Assembly (NCBI GenBank): GCA_965204725.1 | Contig: OZ242005.1 | Span: forward strand, 1,088,001 to 1,152,000 | Direction of reading: 5' to 3' | Length of the DNA: 64,000 bases | From: Candidatus Latescibacterota bacterium | GTDB taxonomy: Bacteria > Latescibacterota > UBA2968 > UBA8231 | Shown here: positions 10,162 through 20,526 of the stretch, in pieces | Numbering within the stretch: position 1 is the stretch's first letter | Layout: every line of letters begins with the position of its first letter | The notes under the pieces: model-generated | Databases searched by the model: none | What the model saw: only the letters and a program-made list of their open reading frames with translations | What the model was told of the DNA's origin: nothing | Made by a program: the position numbers and the translations under genes

Positions 10162-11337
10162 ATGCTACAATCTAAGACGTGGATCCAGCGGCCTCACCTG
10201 CTCAGCCGGATCGAAGAGTGCCTCGACGAAGCCCCCACTACCGCTTTGCTAGGAGCGCGCCAGACCGGGAAGACGACCCTCGCCCGTCTCATTGCCTCCC
10301 GTCGCCAGCCCGTCCACTACTTTGACCTCGACCGAGCACCAGACCGCACGGCCCTTTCTACCCCCGAACAGACCCTCGGCACCCTAGATGGGCTCGTCGT
10401 ACTAGATGAAGTACAGCGGCTGCCCGAGCTATTTTCCGTCTTGCGACCGCTGGTCGATCGCCCGGAAAACCCGGCTCGTTTCCTCTTGTTGGGCAGCGCG
10501 TCGCCGGGCTTAGTAAAAGGCGTTTCCGAGACCTTGGCCGGGCGGGTGCTGTTCGTGTCCGTTCCGGGGTTTGTGCTCGCAGAAATCGGGGTAGAAAACC
10601 GCGACTTGCTCTGGCTGCGGGGTGGCTTCCCGCGTTCCTATCTGGCCGCTTCAGACCGCGCCAGTATGCGGTGGCGGGAGGCTTTAGTAGAAACCTTTCT
10701 CGAAAGAGACATCCCGCAGTTGGGGTTTAGCATCCCCGCAGAAACCCTGCGTCGCTTCTGGACCATGCTGAGTCACTATCACGGCCAGACTTGGAACGGT
10801 TCCGAGCTGGCGCGCGCATTGGGCACCAACGAGAAGACGGCACGGCGATATCTGGACATCTTGTCGGGGACCTATTTGGTGCGCGTCCTGCCGCCGTGGT
10901 TTGAGAACATCGGCAAACGCCAGCGGAAAGCCCCCAAAGTGTACATCCGCGACCCGGGCTTGCTCCACACCTTGCTCGGCATTGGGACGATGGCCCAGCT
11001 CCGGTCGCATCCTAAGTACGGGGCCTCTTGGGAGGGGTTTGCGCTAGAACAAGTGCTGATGAACTGCGGCGAGTCCCCGGCGTATTTTTGGGGAACGCAT
11101 CGGGGAGCCGAACTCGACCTATTCATCACCCACGCTGGCAAACGCTACGGTTTTGAGTTCAAATGCACCGACGCGCCGCGCACGACCAAATCCATGCGCA
11201 TCGCCATTGAGGATTTGGAGCTCGAACACCTGTGGGTGATCTATCCCGGGGATTTGGAGTACCCGCTCGCGCCGGATATAACGGCCCTGCCGTTGAAGAG
11301 AATTGGCGATCTCGCGCTGGCGGCGACGAGGCGTTGA
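10162..11337 (+). CDS. AAA_14 ATPase with DUF4143 domain
   Basis: GARQTGKT Walker A, LDEVQ, LLGSAS, ETLAGR, KVYIRDPG, ELDL...FEFK motifs. Confidence 0.9.
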   Translation: MLQSKTWIQRPHLLSRIEECLDEAPTTALLGARQTGKTTLARLIASRRQPVHYFDLDRAPDRTALSTPEQTLGTLDGLVVLDEVQRLPELFSVLRPLVDRPENPARFLLLGSASPGLVKGVSETLAGRVLFVSVPGFVLAEIGVENRDLLWLRGGFPRSYLAASDRASMRWREALVETFLERDIPQLGFSIPAETLRRFWTMLSHYHGQTWNGSELARALGTNEKTARRYLDILSGTYLVRVLPPWFENIGKRQRKAPKVYIRDPGLLHTLLGIGTMAQLRSHPKYGASWEGFALEQVLMNCGESPAYFWGTHRGAELDLFITHAGKRYGFEFKCTDAPRTTKSMRIAIEDLELEHLWVIYPGDLEYPLAPDITALPLKRIGDLALAATRR

Positions 11338-11342
11338 CGGTT

Positions 11343-12773
11343 TTAGAGCTCCAACTGCTGGCGCAACAATTCTTGCACGAGCTGCGGGTTGGCCTTGCCC
11401 CGCGTCGCCCGCATCACTTGACCCATCAGAAATTGCACGGTTTTGTGGTTACCGCCCTTGATTTTTGCGACCGCGTCGGGATGCGCGGCGATCACTTCGG
11501 CTACCGCTTGATCGAGTGCCCCGCTGTCGGAGATTTGCCCTAGGCCGCGGGCGGCGACAATCTCGGCCGGCGAGCCGCCCTGTTCCCACAGTTGGCCAAA
11601 GACTTCGCGGGCCGCGTTTTGGTTGATCGCGCCCTGTTTGATTAGGGATAGCAACTCGACGAGCGCGGCGGGCTGGACCTCGATGGCCTCAATGGATCGG
11701 CCCTCGGCGTTGAGGCGGCGAAAAATTTCCCCGGTGATCCAGTGGCCCACCTGTTTGGGATCTGCGCCTCGTACTTGGGCGGCCTCCTCAAAATACGCGG
11801 CCACGGCTTGGTCCTCGACCAAAGCGGCGATCTCCTGTGGAGTGAGTCCGTAGGTCGCGGCAAAGCGCGCGGCTTTGGCGGCCGGTAGCTCGGGCAAGCG
11901 GGCGCGGACTCGGGCGATCCACTCGTCGTCGAGCTGGGCGACGAGCAGGTCGGGTTCCGGGAAGTAGCGGTAGTCGTCCGAGGTTTCTTTGCTGCGCTGC
12001 GGGCGGGTGATATTGGCGCGTTCATCCCAACCCATCGTCTCTTGCTCGACGTGGCCGCCGGCTTCGACGATGCGTTGCTGGCGCTCGGCTTCATAGGCGA
12101 TGGCACTGCGCACGGCGCGGAAGGAATTGAGGTTTTTAACCTCGACCTTGGTGCCCAATGCTCGGCTGCCAACGGGCCGGATCGAGATGTTGGCCTCGCA
12201 GCGCATGGCCCCTTTCTCCATGTCGCCCGAGGACGCGCCTAAGTAGCGGACCATCTGGCGGATCTGGGTCAAGTACGCATAGCTCTCGTCGGCCGAGCGG
12301 AGCGAGGAGTCGGTGACGATTTCCATTAGTGGCACGCCGGCGCGGTTGTAGTCTATCAGGCTGGCGCGGCTGGCGTGTTGGAGCTTGCCGGTGTCCTCTT
12401 CGAGGTGGACGCGGGCGACGCCGATTTGCTTGGGGCCGCGCTCGCCGCTGATTTCGATCCAGCCGTTCTCGCACAGGGGTTGCTCGTATTGCGAGATCTG
12501 GTAGCCCTTGGGCAAGTCGGGATAGACGTAGTTTTTGCGCGCAAAGACGCTGCGGGGTTTGATTTGGCAATGGAGTGCCATGCCGGTCATAACCGTCAGC
12601 TCGAGGGCGCGGCCATTGATTGCGGGCAAGGCGCCGGGCTGGCCGGTACACACCGGGCAGATGTGGGCGTTGGCCGCCACCTGAAAGTGATCGGCCGCAC
12701 AGGCGCAAAACATCTTGGAGGCGGTTTGCAACTCGACATGGACTTCCATGCCGATGACGGTTTCGTAGCGCAA
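11343..12773 (-). CDS. gatB: Asp/Glu-tRNA amidotransferase subunit B
   Basis: [49 protein letters not shown]; TTG start at 12773 after AAGGAG. Confidence 0.95.
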   Translation of the reverse strand: MRYETVIGMEVHVELQTASKMFCACAADHFQVAANAHICPVCTGQPGALPAINGRALELTVMTGMALHCQIKPRSVFARKNYVYPDLPKGYQISQYEQPLCENGWIEISGERGPKQIGVARVHLEEDTGKLQHASRASLIDYNRAGVPLMEIVTDSSLRSADESYAYLTQIRQMVRYLGASSGDMEKGAMRCEANISIRPVGSRALGTKVEVKNLNSFRAVRSAIAYEAERQQRIVEAGGHVEQETMGWDERANITRPQRSKETSDDYRYFPEPDLLVAQLDDEWIARVRARLPELPAAKAARFAATYGLTPQEIAALVEDQAVAAYFEEAAQVRGADPKQVGHWITGEIFRRLNAEGRSIEAIEVQPAALVELLSLIKQGAINQNAAREVFGQLWEQGGSPAEIVAARGLGQISDSGALDQAVAEVIAAHPDAVAKIKGGNHKTVQFLMGQVMRATRGKANPQLVQELLRQQLEL

Positions 12774-12795
12774 GGGATGCTCCTTGGGGCCAGCT

Positions 12796-14673
12796 TCAGG
12801 CGAAGAGGACGTGCTGGCGGAGGAAGGCTTCGCAGGCTTGATAGAAGGCCCGCACGGTCTCGGGTTTGCGCCAGCCATGGCCCTCGCCTTCGTACAGGTG
12901 ATAGACGTGCGGTATGTTGCGGCGGCGCAGCGAGGCCGCTATTTCCTCGGCTTGGGCCGGGGGCACGACTTGGTCGTCGGTCCCCTGAAAGAGGGCGAGC
13001 GGGTCGCGCAACTGGTCGGCGGCGTAGATCGGCGAGCGCTCGCGATAGACCGCAGCCGCTTCAGGCAGCGGGCCGATCATGGAGTCGAGGTAGCGGGATT
13101 CAAATTTGTGGGTGTCTGCGGCGAGCGCGAAGAGGTTGGCCACGCCGTAGAGGCAGATGCCAGCGCGGAAGAAGCCGGGCCGCGTAGAAAGCGCCCGCAA
13201 GACCGTATAGCCACCGGCACTGCCGCCCATGATGACGAGGCGTTCCGGGTCGGCCAAGCCGCGGGCGACGAGGTGCTCGGCCCCGCCGACCGCATCTTCG
13301 ACGTCGAGGACGCCCCAGCGGGAGCGCAGGGCCTTCATGTACTCCCGCCCGCGCCCGGTGCTCCCTCGGTAGTCCACGTCGAGGACGGCAAAGCCCCGGG
13401 TGGCAAAAAACTGCTGGGTCGGCTCGAAGCCGGTCTCGATCTGGCCGGTGGGGCCGCCGTGGATCAGGACGATCAGCGGCGGCCGGCCTCGGCCAGCAAA
13501 GCGGCGGTTGGCCGGAGGATAGTACAGCCCGTGAACTTGGGTGGCGTCCTCGCTGGCCCAGAAAACGGGCGCGGGCGTGGAGAGATCGGCCGGGGCAAGC
13601 GATTCGCTGGCCGAGCGTGCGCGGACTGCGACTTGGCTCGCTGTACCGGCGACGATGCGAGCGGGGATCGCGCTGGCCGCGGCAATACAGGCCAAGCCCT
13701 TGCCGCGTGGGGCCGTAGCGAGTTGTTCGATGTGGGTGTAGGCGGCCAGCCCTTCGACTGGAGCGACCGCTCCACTGGCAAAGTCGAGGGCGTAGGCTAG
13801 ACGCTGGGCGTTCTCGCTGCGCACGAAATACAAGGTGCGGCTATCGGCGGCCCACGAGAAAGTCCGCAGGCCCTGTACCCAAGCCGGAGTGGCGACGTCG
13901 TTGGCGTCCTCGCACAGGCAGCGCGTGGCTCCGCTGGCGAGGTCGCGGCACCAGAGGTTGCTGTAGCCGCGCTCGTCCGAGGCATAGACCAGATAGCGGC
14001 CGTCGGGAGAAAAACAAGGTTGGGCAATGGCCGTGTCCGCGCCGCCAGCGAGCACCTCGGTTGCGCGTAGGCTGGGCAGCCCGTGCCGGTTGCGGGCAAG
14101 CTGGCCCAGCACGAGGCGGGTGCCGTCCCAAGGCATGTGCGGATGATCCCACTCAACCCAGGCCAAGCGGTCGCCTCTGGGGTGCCAAGCTGGCTGCATG
14201 TAGAAGTCGGCGCCGGCCGCGAGAATTTGCGGCCAGAAGCACCCGGCACCATCGACGATGGCCAACGCATCGCGGTCTTCGTAACTGTGGACGTACGCGA
14301 GATGACGCCCGGTTGGCGATGGCGCAGGCGACGCCGCGTGGCCAAACTGAGGAGTGATGGGCTGGGCTGGGCCGCGGGCGAGCGGCTGGCGGTAGAGGCG
14401 GCCGCCGTGCTCGACGAAGTACGCGTGGCCGCGGGCTACGGCAAAGTCGCCGCCGCCGTAGCCGACTTGCGCTCGCACCGAGAGCGCGGCGTTGAGGTCG
14501 CGTGGGGCCGCGCCCGGCCCTTGGCAGACGAGCACCCCCTGCGGTCCTCGGCCCTCCAGCCAGACGAGGGTGCGGCCGTCGGCATCCCAAGCCACGTCGC
14601 GGAGGCGCGTGGAATGGGCTAACTCGTCGGGCGAGAGGGGGCTGGGCCACGAGCCGAAGGGGCGAACTTCCAT
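12796..14673 (-). CDS. S9 prolyl oligopeptidase / acylaminoacyl peptidase
   Basis: [19 protein letters not shown] nucleophile, EGEGHGW motifs. Confidence 0.92.
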   Translation of the reverse strand: MEVRPFGSWPSPLSPDELAHSTRLRDVAWDADGRTLVWLEGRGPQGVLVCQGPGAAPRDLNAALSVRAQVGYGGGDFAVARGHAYFVEHGGRLYRQPLARGPAQPITPQFGHAASPAPSPTGRHLAYVHSYEDRDALAIVDGAGCFWPQILAAGADFYMQPAWHPRGDRLAWVEWDHPHMPWDGTRLVLGQLARNRHGLPSLRATEVLAGGADTAIAQPCFSPDGRYLVYASDERGYSNLWCRDLASGATRCLCEDANDVATPAWVQGLRTFSWAADSRTLYFVRSENAQRLAYALDFASGAVAPVEGLAAYTHIEQLATAPRGKGLACIAAASAIPARIVAGTASQVAVRARSASESLAPADLSTPAPVFWASEDATQVHGLYYPPANRRFAGRGRPPLIVLIHGGPTGQIETGFEPTQQFFATRGFAVLDVDYRGSTGRGREYMKALRSRWGVLDVEDAVGGAEHLVARGLADPERLVIMGGSAGGYTVLRALSTRPGFFRAGICLYGVANLFALAADTHKFESRYLDSMIGPLPEAAAVYRERSPIYAADQLRDPLALFQGTDDQVVPPAQAEEIAASLRRRNIPHVYHLYEGEGHGWRKPETVRAFYQACEAFLRQHVLFA

Positions 14674-14674
14674 C

Positions 14675-15049
14675 CTAGCGCTGCTCCATCAGCTCGATCT
14701 TGACGTTGTCCGGGCCGTTGATAAAGACGATGCGGCTGCCGTCGTCGAGCGTCACAGGCCCCAGCCAGATCTCGACGCCGTGCTCGTCGATGTCGGCGAG
14801 GGTTTGATCGAAGTCGTCGGAGACGAGGGCGAGGTGGTCGTAGCCTTGGTAGCGCCCCAATTCCATCGGGGCAAACTCGCGGTCCGTGACGGTGATTTGC
14901 ACTGCGCCGATGTGGACTGGAATCCAAGTCGCGCCACCGCGCTCAAAGGGCGGGTCGCTGGTGGCGCCGAAGAGCTGCTCGTACCAAGCGACTGCGGCGT
15001 GGACATCAACGGCCTCGTGGTGGATATGGTTGAAGGTGTAGTTGGGCAT
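14675..15049 (-). CDS. VOC/glyoxalase family protein
   Basis: NHIH, DHLAL, GPDNVKIEL motifs. Confidence 0.85.
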   Translation of the reverse strand: MPNYTFNHIHHEAVDVHAAVAWYEQLFGATSDPPFERGGATWIPVHIGAVQITVTDREFAPMELGRYQGYDHLALVSDDFDQTLADIDEHGVEIWLGPVTLDDGSRIVFINGPDNVKIELMEQR

Positions 15050-15120
15050 GAGAAATCCTTTCTGTTGAGTGCCCGAAAGTTCGCAAAAAGGGTGTTCCTG
15101 TCAAGGGAGGTACGCTCGCG

Positions 15121-15939
15121 TCACAGCGCGGCGGCCAGGCCCTTTAGGTAGTGCAAACTACCCGCGGCAATGGTGCGCGGATCCGGGCTGAAGTCGAATA
15201 CTTCCACTGAGACGTAGCGCTGATAATCCAACTGCTTTAGGGTCCGCATGACGCTGGCGAAGTCGGTGTTGCCAAAGCCGGGGCCGCGCTTGTTGGCGTC
15301 GTTGACGTGGACATGGCAGAGGTGCGGGCCGGCGTCGCGCAAAAGCTGGGCGACGGGAATGGCCTCGGTCGAGCCGGAGCACACGTCGACCATGGTCTGG
15401 AAGTGCGGGTGGTCGATCTCGGCGACCATTTTGCGCGCTTGGGCACAGGTGGAGATGATGTTGGTCTGGTCCTTGCTCAGCGACTCGATGCAGAGATAGA
15501 CGCCGTGCTGCTGGGCCAGTGCTAGGCTGCCTTCAAACGCCTCGCGCAGGCGACGCCAGCACTCTTGGTAATCCCAGCCTTCCTGCACGTTGCGCTGCTT
15601 GGGCGACCCAATGATCATCACTTGGCCGCCGAGGTCGCCGCAGAACTGGACGAGCTCCTTGAAATACGCGCAGGTGCGCTGGTAGATGGCCGGGTCGGGA
15701 TGGGTGATGTACAGCCCGTCGGGGCTGGCTAAAAGCCAGTGTAGGCCGGCGATTTCCACGCCGGCGCGCTCGGCGGCCGTGCGGATTTGGGCGCGGCGCG
15801 ACGCGGGGATGTCTTCGACGTGGTCGGCGAGGGTAAAGGGAGCGATTTCGACCGCGTCGTATCCGAGGTCAGCCGCATAGTCGAAGACGTCTTCGATGGG
15901 CCAGTCGGTAAAGTACTCGTTACAGGTGGCGAATTTCAT
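15121..15939 (-). CDS. Sugar phosphate isomerase/epimerase (AP endonuclease 2-type TIM barrel)
   Basis: GYDAVEIAP, CIES, HVHVND, SVEVF motifs. Confidence 0.85.
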   Translation of the reverse strand: MKFATCNEYFTDWPIEDVFDYAADLGYDAVEIAPFTLADHVEDIPASRRAQIRTAAERAGVEIAGLHWLLASPDGLYITHPDPAIYQRTCAYFKELVQFCGDLGGQVMIIGSPKQRNVQEGWDYQECWRRLREAFEGSLALAQQHGVYLCIESLSKDQTNIISTCAQARKMVAEIDHPHFQTMVDVCSGSTEAIPVAQLLRDAGPHLCHVHVNDANKRGPGFGNTDFASVMRTLKQLDYQRYVSVEVFDFSPDPRTIAAGSLHYLKGLAAAL

Positions 15940-16009
15940 GGTTCGTTCCTTAGCAAGGGTTGGATTAGAGGTAACTTGCGTCTTGCTGCTATCTCTGTGT
16001 TCGGATTTC

Positions 16010-16411
16010 TCAACTGCGTGCGTCGAGCGCGAGTAGATGGGGATAAGCTAGGATACGCCCGTCAGCGGTCATAAAGGTCAGGTCGTGTACGACAGCGGTA
16101 GCGACCAGCATTCGGTCTGCAGGGTCTCGATGAAATTCCCCGGGCAGATTATAGGCCGCAATGGCGATCTCGTGGGTGAGGGGAACGGTTTCGGCGAGGA
16201 GTGCATTGAGCGATTCGGATATCCAAGTCTCGAGTCGGCCTGCCAAAGTCAGCCGGTCCCCCCACACTAGGCGGGCGATTTCTAGGGACGATACGGTTGA
16301 GACGCGGAGCGCATTGGTCTCGTCGGCAAGGGTGCTCCGTGCGTCTGGACCGAGCTGTTCCGGCGATTCCTGCGACCAGATCCATACATGCGTGTCGAGT
16401 AAGATCTTCAC
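16010..16411 (-). CDS. vapC: VapC PIN-domain toxin
   Basis: ILLDTH, SSLEI, HRDPADRML, TAD motifs; GTG start overlaps the antitoxin stop. Confidence 0.9.
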   Translation of the reverse strand: MKILLDTHVWIWSQESPEQLGPDARSTLADETNALRVSTVSSLEIARLVWGDRLTLAGRLETWISESLNALLAETVPLTHEIAIAAYNLPGEFHRDPADRMLVATAVVHDLTFMTADGRILAYPHLLALDARS

Positions 16412-16644
16412 AAATCCATCTCCCACTCATCTCCAAAATCAGTATGAACGATGTCGCCGTGGATAGTCATCTGGCCACGCAGTTTGCCTAGCACTCTGTT
16501 CGAGTGGCTTTCTTCGCGGCAAGGGTTGACCGTGGCTATGGGCCGTTTGTTCAAGGTCACGAGGAGCGGTTCCCCCGTCCGTTGCACCTTCTTCAATTCG
16601 TCGATGCACTTCGCCTTGAATTCGGAAATACTTATTTCCTTCAT
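16408..16644 (-). CDS. Phd/YefM family antitoxin
   Basis: ISISEFKAKC...GEPLLVT...PIA; directly upstream of vapC. Confidence 0.88.
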   Translation of the reverse strand: MKEISISEFKAKCIDELKKVQRTGEPLLVTLNKRPIATVNPCREESHSNRVLGKLRGQMTIHGDIVHTDFGDEWEMDL

Positions 16645-16754
16645 CGCGATCCTCCAAGTTCTAGATGGTTAAGATAGGGGTTGGGCGAGATGTATCGCAA
16701 AGGAGACAAAAAGACAAACAGGTGCGGTGTGGTGGCGGGTGTGCGGACGATAAG

Positions 16755-17567
16755 TTATTCGCAGACCATGCCGTCGCCGTCGCCGTCGCGCATGAACGGA
16801 TAGGCCGGATGGCTGCTCGACACCGGCGCGATGGCGTGGCGGCGGGCCTCCGCGCACGTGATGCGGCCGTTGCCGTTGTCGTCCCACAGGCTGAGCGCGT
16901 CGACCTCCGCAGGCACGGGCGGCGTTTCCTCGGGCTCAACAACTGCTCCCTCTGGCCCGATCAGGGCCGTAGAATGGCAGGCGGCCAACACGCGCTCTAA
17001 GGCGTCGGCTTCGCGGCGGTCGATGGTGAGGTTGTACTTGCGGCGCACCGCGACGACGCGGTCGGCAAACCAGCATTGGTTCAGCGGTGGCAGCCATTCG
17101 GCCGCGTCTTGGGCGCATTTGCCGCCCGCTTTACAGCCGTTTACCTCCGGGCTGGCCAAGGTCAGGTTCAATAAGTCGGCCGCAAAGTCGCGGCGAGTTG
17201 CGGCGGTGGCTTCGCACAGGCCGCTGTCGTGAGCCTCGGACATGGCGACGATGTGCTCGATGTGCGTCTGCTTTAGGTCTGCGAAGACTTGCCCGGTATA
17301 GGGGCTATAGATGCTACCGAGCGTTTTGACAATGCGCGGCTCAAGCGATTGCGCGTAGGGATAGTCGCGCCGGCTGTAAGGGGCGCAGCGTTGCTCGGGC
17401 GCGACCGTTAGCCCACGCCACGTTTCGGCCTGGGCTCGTCTGAGTCGGTCGTTTTCCTGTTTCAGTTGAATGTATTGCTGTACGAGGAAAAGGCCGAAGA
17501 GGACGGCAATAAACGCGCCACTCACAAACCAAATCCTAGCCCTATTCTTCTTGTAAAGCGTCGGCAT
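16755..17567 (-). CDS. Membrane-anchored DUF1524/HNH nuclease with Excalibur Ca-binding domain
   Basis: N-terminal TM helix, HIEHIVAMSEAHDSG, NLTLASPEVN, C-terminal RDGDGDGMVCE. Confidence 0.8.
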   Translation of the reverse strand: MPTLYKKNRARIWFVSGAFIAVLFGLFLVQQYIQLKQENDRLRRAQAETWRGLTVAPEQRCAPYSRRDYPYAQSLEPRIVKTLGSIYSPYTGQVFADLKQTHIEHIVAMSEAHDSGLCEATAATRRDFAADLLNLTLASPEVNGCKAGGKCAQDAAEWLPPLNQCWFADRVVAVRRKYNLTIDRREADALERVLAACHSTALIGPEGAVVEPEETPPVPAEVDALSLWDDNGNGRITCAEARRHAIAPVSSSHPAYPFMRDGDGDGMVCE

Positions 17568-17721
17568 TGCGAGTGTCCCTGTTTTAGATGGCTATGAAAT
17601 GGCTTGCAAAAATACGGACGGGTCGCGGATACGGCAAAGGATACAGCGGTGGGTTGGAAGGGATACAGCACTGAGCCGCAAATAAGGCGCGAGGGGATAT
17701 GGCAATCCTACATCATTACAG

Positions 17722-17817
17722 GACTGGATTCCCGCCCCGTGTCGGGGCACGGGGTGACGTTCTTTCGTGGGAATGACGCCTCATAAGCAGAAAAGACCGG
17801 GCCGATCAACATTCCAT
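17722..17817. repeat. Composite REP-like element, copy 1
   Basis: First 60 bp match 52002-52061 with one mismatch; a further 36 bp align without gaps but are diverged; nested inverted repeats. Confidence 0.85.
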
Positions 17818-17844
17818 ACTTTCGAGTCATTTAGGACAGCTATA

Positions 17845-17860
17845 TGGCACGGTCCTTGCA
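17845..17860 (+). promoter_or_regulatory. sigma54 -24/-12 promoter
   Basis: TGGCACGGTCCTTGCA matches TGGCACG-N4-TTGC(A/T), 26 nt before ATG 17887 (RBS AGGAGGA). Confidence 0.7.
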
Positions 17861-17886
17861 TGAGTCGGCAAAGAGGAGGACAGACC

Positions 17887-19428
17887 ATGTGGGGACTATG
17901 GGTGTTGATATTGGTCGGCCCGGTGTGGGCTGATGAGGACTTGGGGGAGGAGGACGCGAGCTATCTAGAGCAGCGGTTGGACGATTTGCGGGCGTTGGAC
18001 GCGGCGGCCGTGCGGTGGCGAGTGCGCGGGACTGAGATGGCTTGGGAGCAGTGGCAGTTGTACCAGCGAGTGGAGGTCGCGCCGGTCAGGGGCCAAGCGT
18101 TTTTTGGCTTGGCCGAGCGCGATCGCGGCGAGGCGAACTGGAGCGATTTTAGGACGTTTTACTACGCAGTGCAGCGGCGTCAATCCGAATGGGTCGTCGG
18201 CGATCTGCGGCCCGGCACGGGCGCGGGCTTGGTGTTTGGGCGCAGCCGCCGCGGGAGTATCGCGCCGAGGATGCCGGCCGGAGACAGTCGGCGCTTGGGG
18301 TATCGCTCCAGCGGGGAGAATCACGCCCTGCGCGGCGCGGCGTGGTGCTATCAAGGCCGTGCGTGGAGCGGGATGCTGCTCGGGGGGTGGACGCACCGGG
18401 ACGGACGCTTGGATGAGCAGGGCCGAGTGCGCTCCCTGCCCGAAAGCGGCTATCACGTAACCGCGACTGAGGTGGCTGGCCGCGACCTGCTGGGCATCCG
18501 GGCCGGCGGCGGCCGCCTGCACTGGCGGGGCGAGCATTGGCAGGGGGGCGCGACGCTGCTCGCCTTGGGCTTTTCCCACGACCTCGACTTGCGTCGGAAC
18601 GGGCGGACGCCTTGGGGTTTTGTCGGCGACGAGCAGCGCATGGGGGCCGTGGATGTGCGCGTGGATTGGGGCCGGGGCCGAGCGGCGTTGGAGGTGGCCA
18701 GCGATGGTGGGGGGCACTGGGGGATGGTGGGTGCAGTGCGGGTGCGGTATGGGGGCCTGCGGCTGCGGACGCTGGGCCGCTACTACGCGCCGGGGTTCCA
18801 CAGTTTCTTTGGCGCGGCACCGGGGACCTCGGCCATGCAAAACGAACAGGGCGTCGTGGCCGAGGTCGGCGGGCGGGGCTGGCGCGCGTACGCAGACGTG
18901 TACCGCCGGCCGGCGCGCTCCTACTTCATACCCGTGCCGGCTATGTATGCCACTTGGGGGGCCGAGCTCAAGAGGCGGTTGGGCCAGCGCTGGGACCTGC
19001 GCGGGCAGTGGCAAAGACGCCTGCGGCCGCACTGGACGGGCGAGCGGTTGGCCTCAGAGCGCAGCCACAAGTGGCGTTTGGACTTGGAGCGGGGCGCTTG
19101 GCGAGGGCGCGGCGAGTGGGTGCGCTGGCACCGCGCCGGGCGCGCGGAGTGGGGCCTGTTGGGCAGTGTGCGGTTTAAGACGCGCTGGCTGACCCTACAC
19201 GTGAGCCGCTTCCGCACGGACTCGTATTGGACGCGGATTTACGAATACGAGGTCGATTTGCCCGGGGCGGTGAGCATTCGCTCGCTCTACGGCACGGGCT
19301 GGCGCGGGTACGCGCTCGTGGCGGTCGCGTATCGCGGCTGGCGGCTGAGCAGCCGCTACCGCATCCAGCACGACCAGCGGCTGCGACACTACGGCGGCGT
19401 GCAGGTGGATTGGACTAAGGGCGATTAG
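17887..19428 (+). CDS. Putative outer-membrane beta-barrel protein
   Basis: Signal peptide, W/Y/R/G-rich amphipathic strands; GxGLVF, SGYH-T-TE and RIYEYE-D motifs recall FCB-group 'ComEA/HhH' barrel proteins, but no HhH is visible. Confidence 0.55.
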   Translation: MWGLWVLILVGPVWADEDLGEEDASYLEQRLDDLRALDAAAVRWRVRGTEMAWEQWQLYQRVEVAPVRGQAFFGLAERDRGEANWSDFRTFYYAVQRRQSEWVVGDLRPGTGAGLVFGRSRRGSIAPRMPAGDSRRLGYRSSGENHALRGAAWCYQGRAWSGMLLGGWTHRDGRLDEQGRVRSLPESGYHVTATEVAGRDLLGIRAGGGRLHWRGEHWQGGATLLALGFSHDLDLRRNGRTPWGFVGDEQRMGAVDVRVDWGRGRAALEVASDGGGHWGMVGAVRVRYGGLRLRTLGRYYAPGFHSFFGAAPGTSAMQNEQGVVAEVGGRGWRAYADVYRRPARSYFIPVPAMYATWGAELKRRLGQRWDLRGQWQRRLRPHWTGERLASERSHKWRLDLERGAWRGRGEWVRWHRAGRAEWGLLGSVRFKTRWLTLHVSRFRTDSYWTRIYEYEVDLPGAVSIRSLYGTGWRGYALVAVAYRGWRLSSRYRIQHDQRLRHYGGVQVDWTKGD

Positions 19429-19511
19429 GTCCCTTGCGCCTGAATAGCGTTAAACTGTTTATTAAAACACATCCCGAACAACTCAATCACTGCTTGGACC
19501 GACCGCGATAA

Positions 19512-19850
19512 ATGGACTGGCATTCATTGTTCAAACTGTATTCGTCCACACGCCGAGCGGTTCGACTGTATTTTAACATTGTTGTCCGAGCGGCTGTCTT
19601 GGCACTGATTTGGGGTGTTCTATTAGCTATCGGCACAGGTCTCAATTGGCTGATAGACTTAGCGCTGGGAGCATTTGATGCCTCTGAAAAGGTTAAAAAT
19701 ATTTCGCTACAGATCTCTCTTGGGTACATTATCGCATTAGGAGTTGCAGCGACTTTGACTAGCCTGAAGGATGTGTGGAATTTGACTCTCGCTAGCCTAC
19801 GCAAGTCTTCCGCCGATGAACCGGACGATCATCAGGAAGAGAAAAAATGA
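19512..19850 (+). CDS. Hypothetical membrane protein (2 TM)
   Basis: Low-GC ORF with two hydrophobic helices; overlaps the next gene (ATGA). Confidence 0.6.
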   Translation: MDWHSLFKLYSSTRRAVRLYFNIVVRAAVLALIWGVLLAIGTGLNWLIDLALGAFDASEKVKNISLQISLGYIIALGVAATLTSLKDVWNLTLASLRKSSADEPDDHQEEKK

Positions 19851-20464
19851 AAAAAGCCCTTCTTCCCGTTGGAGATTTCAAGCTGGCAATCGCATATACC
19901 ACGGCGTGGATGTTCGCGTTTTGGCTGATAGAACATCCCATAGGCGATTGGGCGGTAACGGCAGTCGTTTTGTATGGTTTGCTATGGCTATCAAGAGAAG
20001 TCGTTTCAGTCTTGATACTATTTGTAGAAGAGCGTATGCAAGGGTACGCAAAGCGCGTCGTCCAGAAGGCAGGCGTTACACTTTGCGTGGAATCACTCCC
20101 TGAATACAGCTTTCGGGACAAGTTGTTCCTTGCCGCCGCCGTCTCGCTAACGTTTTTTACCATCATCGGCCTCTCGCTGATCGTCGGGATCCCTGCGATC
20201 CGTCTGTATGGACTTACTCCTCTTCCTTCTTCTTTTACTTGGATAGCTTGGGGGCTCTTTCTCGTCGGCGGGATCAGCGTATCCCTGATATTTGGGATTG
20301 TAATGTGGCTGTTGTCTTCTGCCGAAGCTGGAATTAACACGGCAATCGCCCCCCAGCAAGCCTACGCCGCCACCAACCGCAAACCGACCGAATTAGAATT
20401 GCGTCTATTATTTTTTTACGTACTCCTGTTGTATCGCTTTCATCTGCAATTCGGTCGTCGCTAA
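19847..20464 (+). CDS. Hypothetical multi-pass membrane protein
   Basis: Low-GC ORF with 4-5 hydrophobic segments. Confidence 0.6.
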   Translation: MKKALLPVGDFKLAIAYTTAWMFAFWLIEHPIGDWAVTAVVLYGLLWLSREVVSVLILFVEERMQGYAKRVVQKAGVTLCVESLPEYSFRDKLFLAAAVSLTFFTIIGLSLIVGIPAIRLYGLTPLPSSFTWIAWGLFLVGGISVSLIFGIVMWLLSSAEAGINTAIAPQQAYAATNRKPTELELRLLFFYVLLLYRFHLQFGRR

Positions 20465-20526
20465 CCTAAGGTCTGCCCTGCCCTCCCATAGGGAAACCAC
20501 GAGGGGCGATCTTGCAGACTCGTCGC

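Noticed and set aside
11322-11334. 13-bp match ggcgacgaggcgt to ~28354-28366
   Set aside because: The second copy is the arm of the guaA-derived hairpin; a short GC-rich match is plausible by chance.
9215-11340. Microhomologies at the edges of other inserts (9215/11331, 19428/20465, 38511/39301)
   Set aside because: About 10-12 bp with mismatches or gaps; too weak to call as duplications without empty-site comparison.
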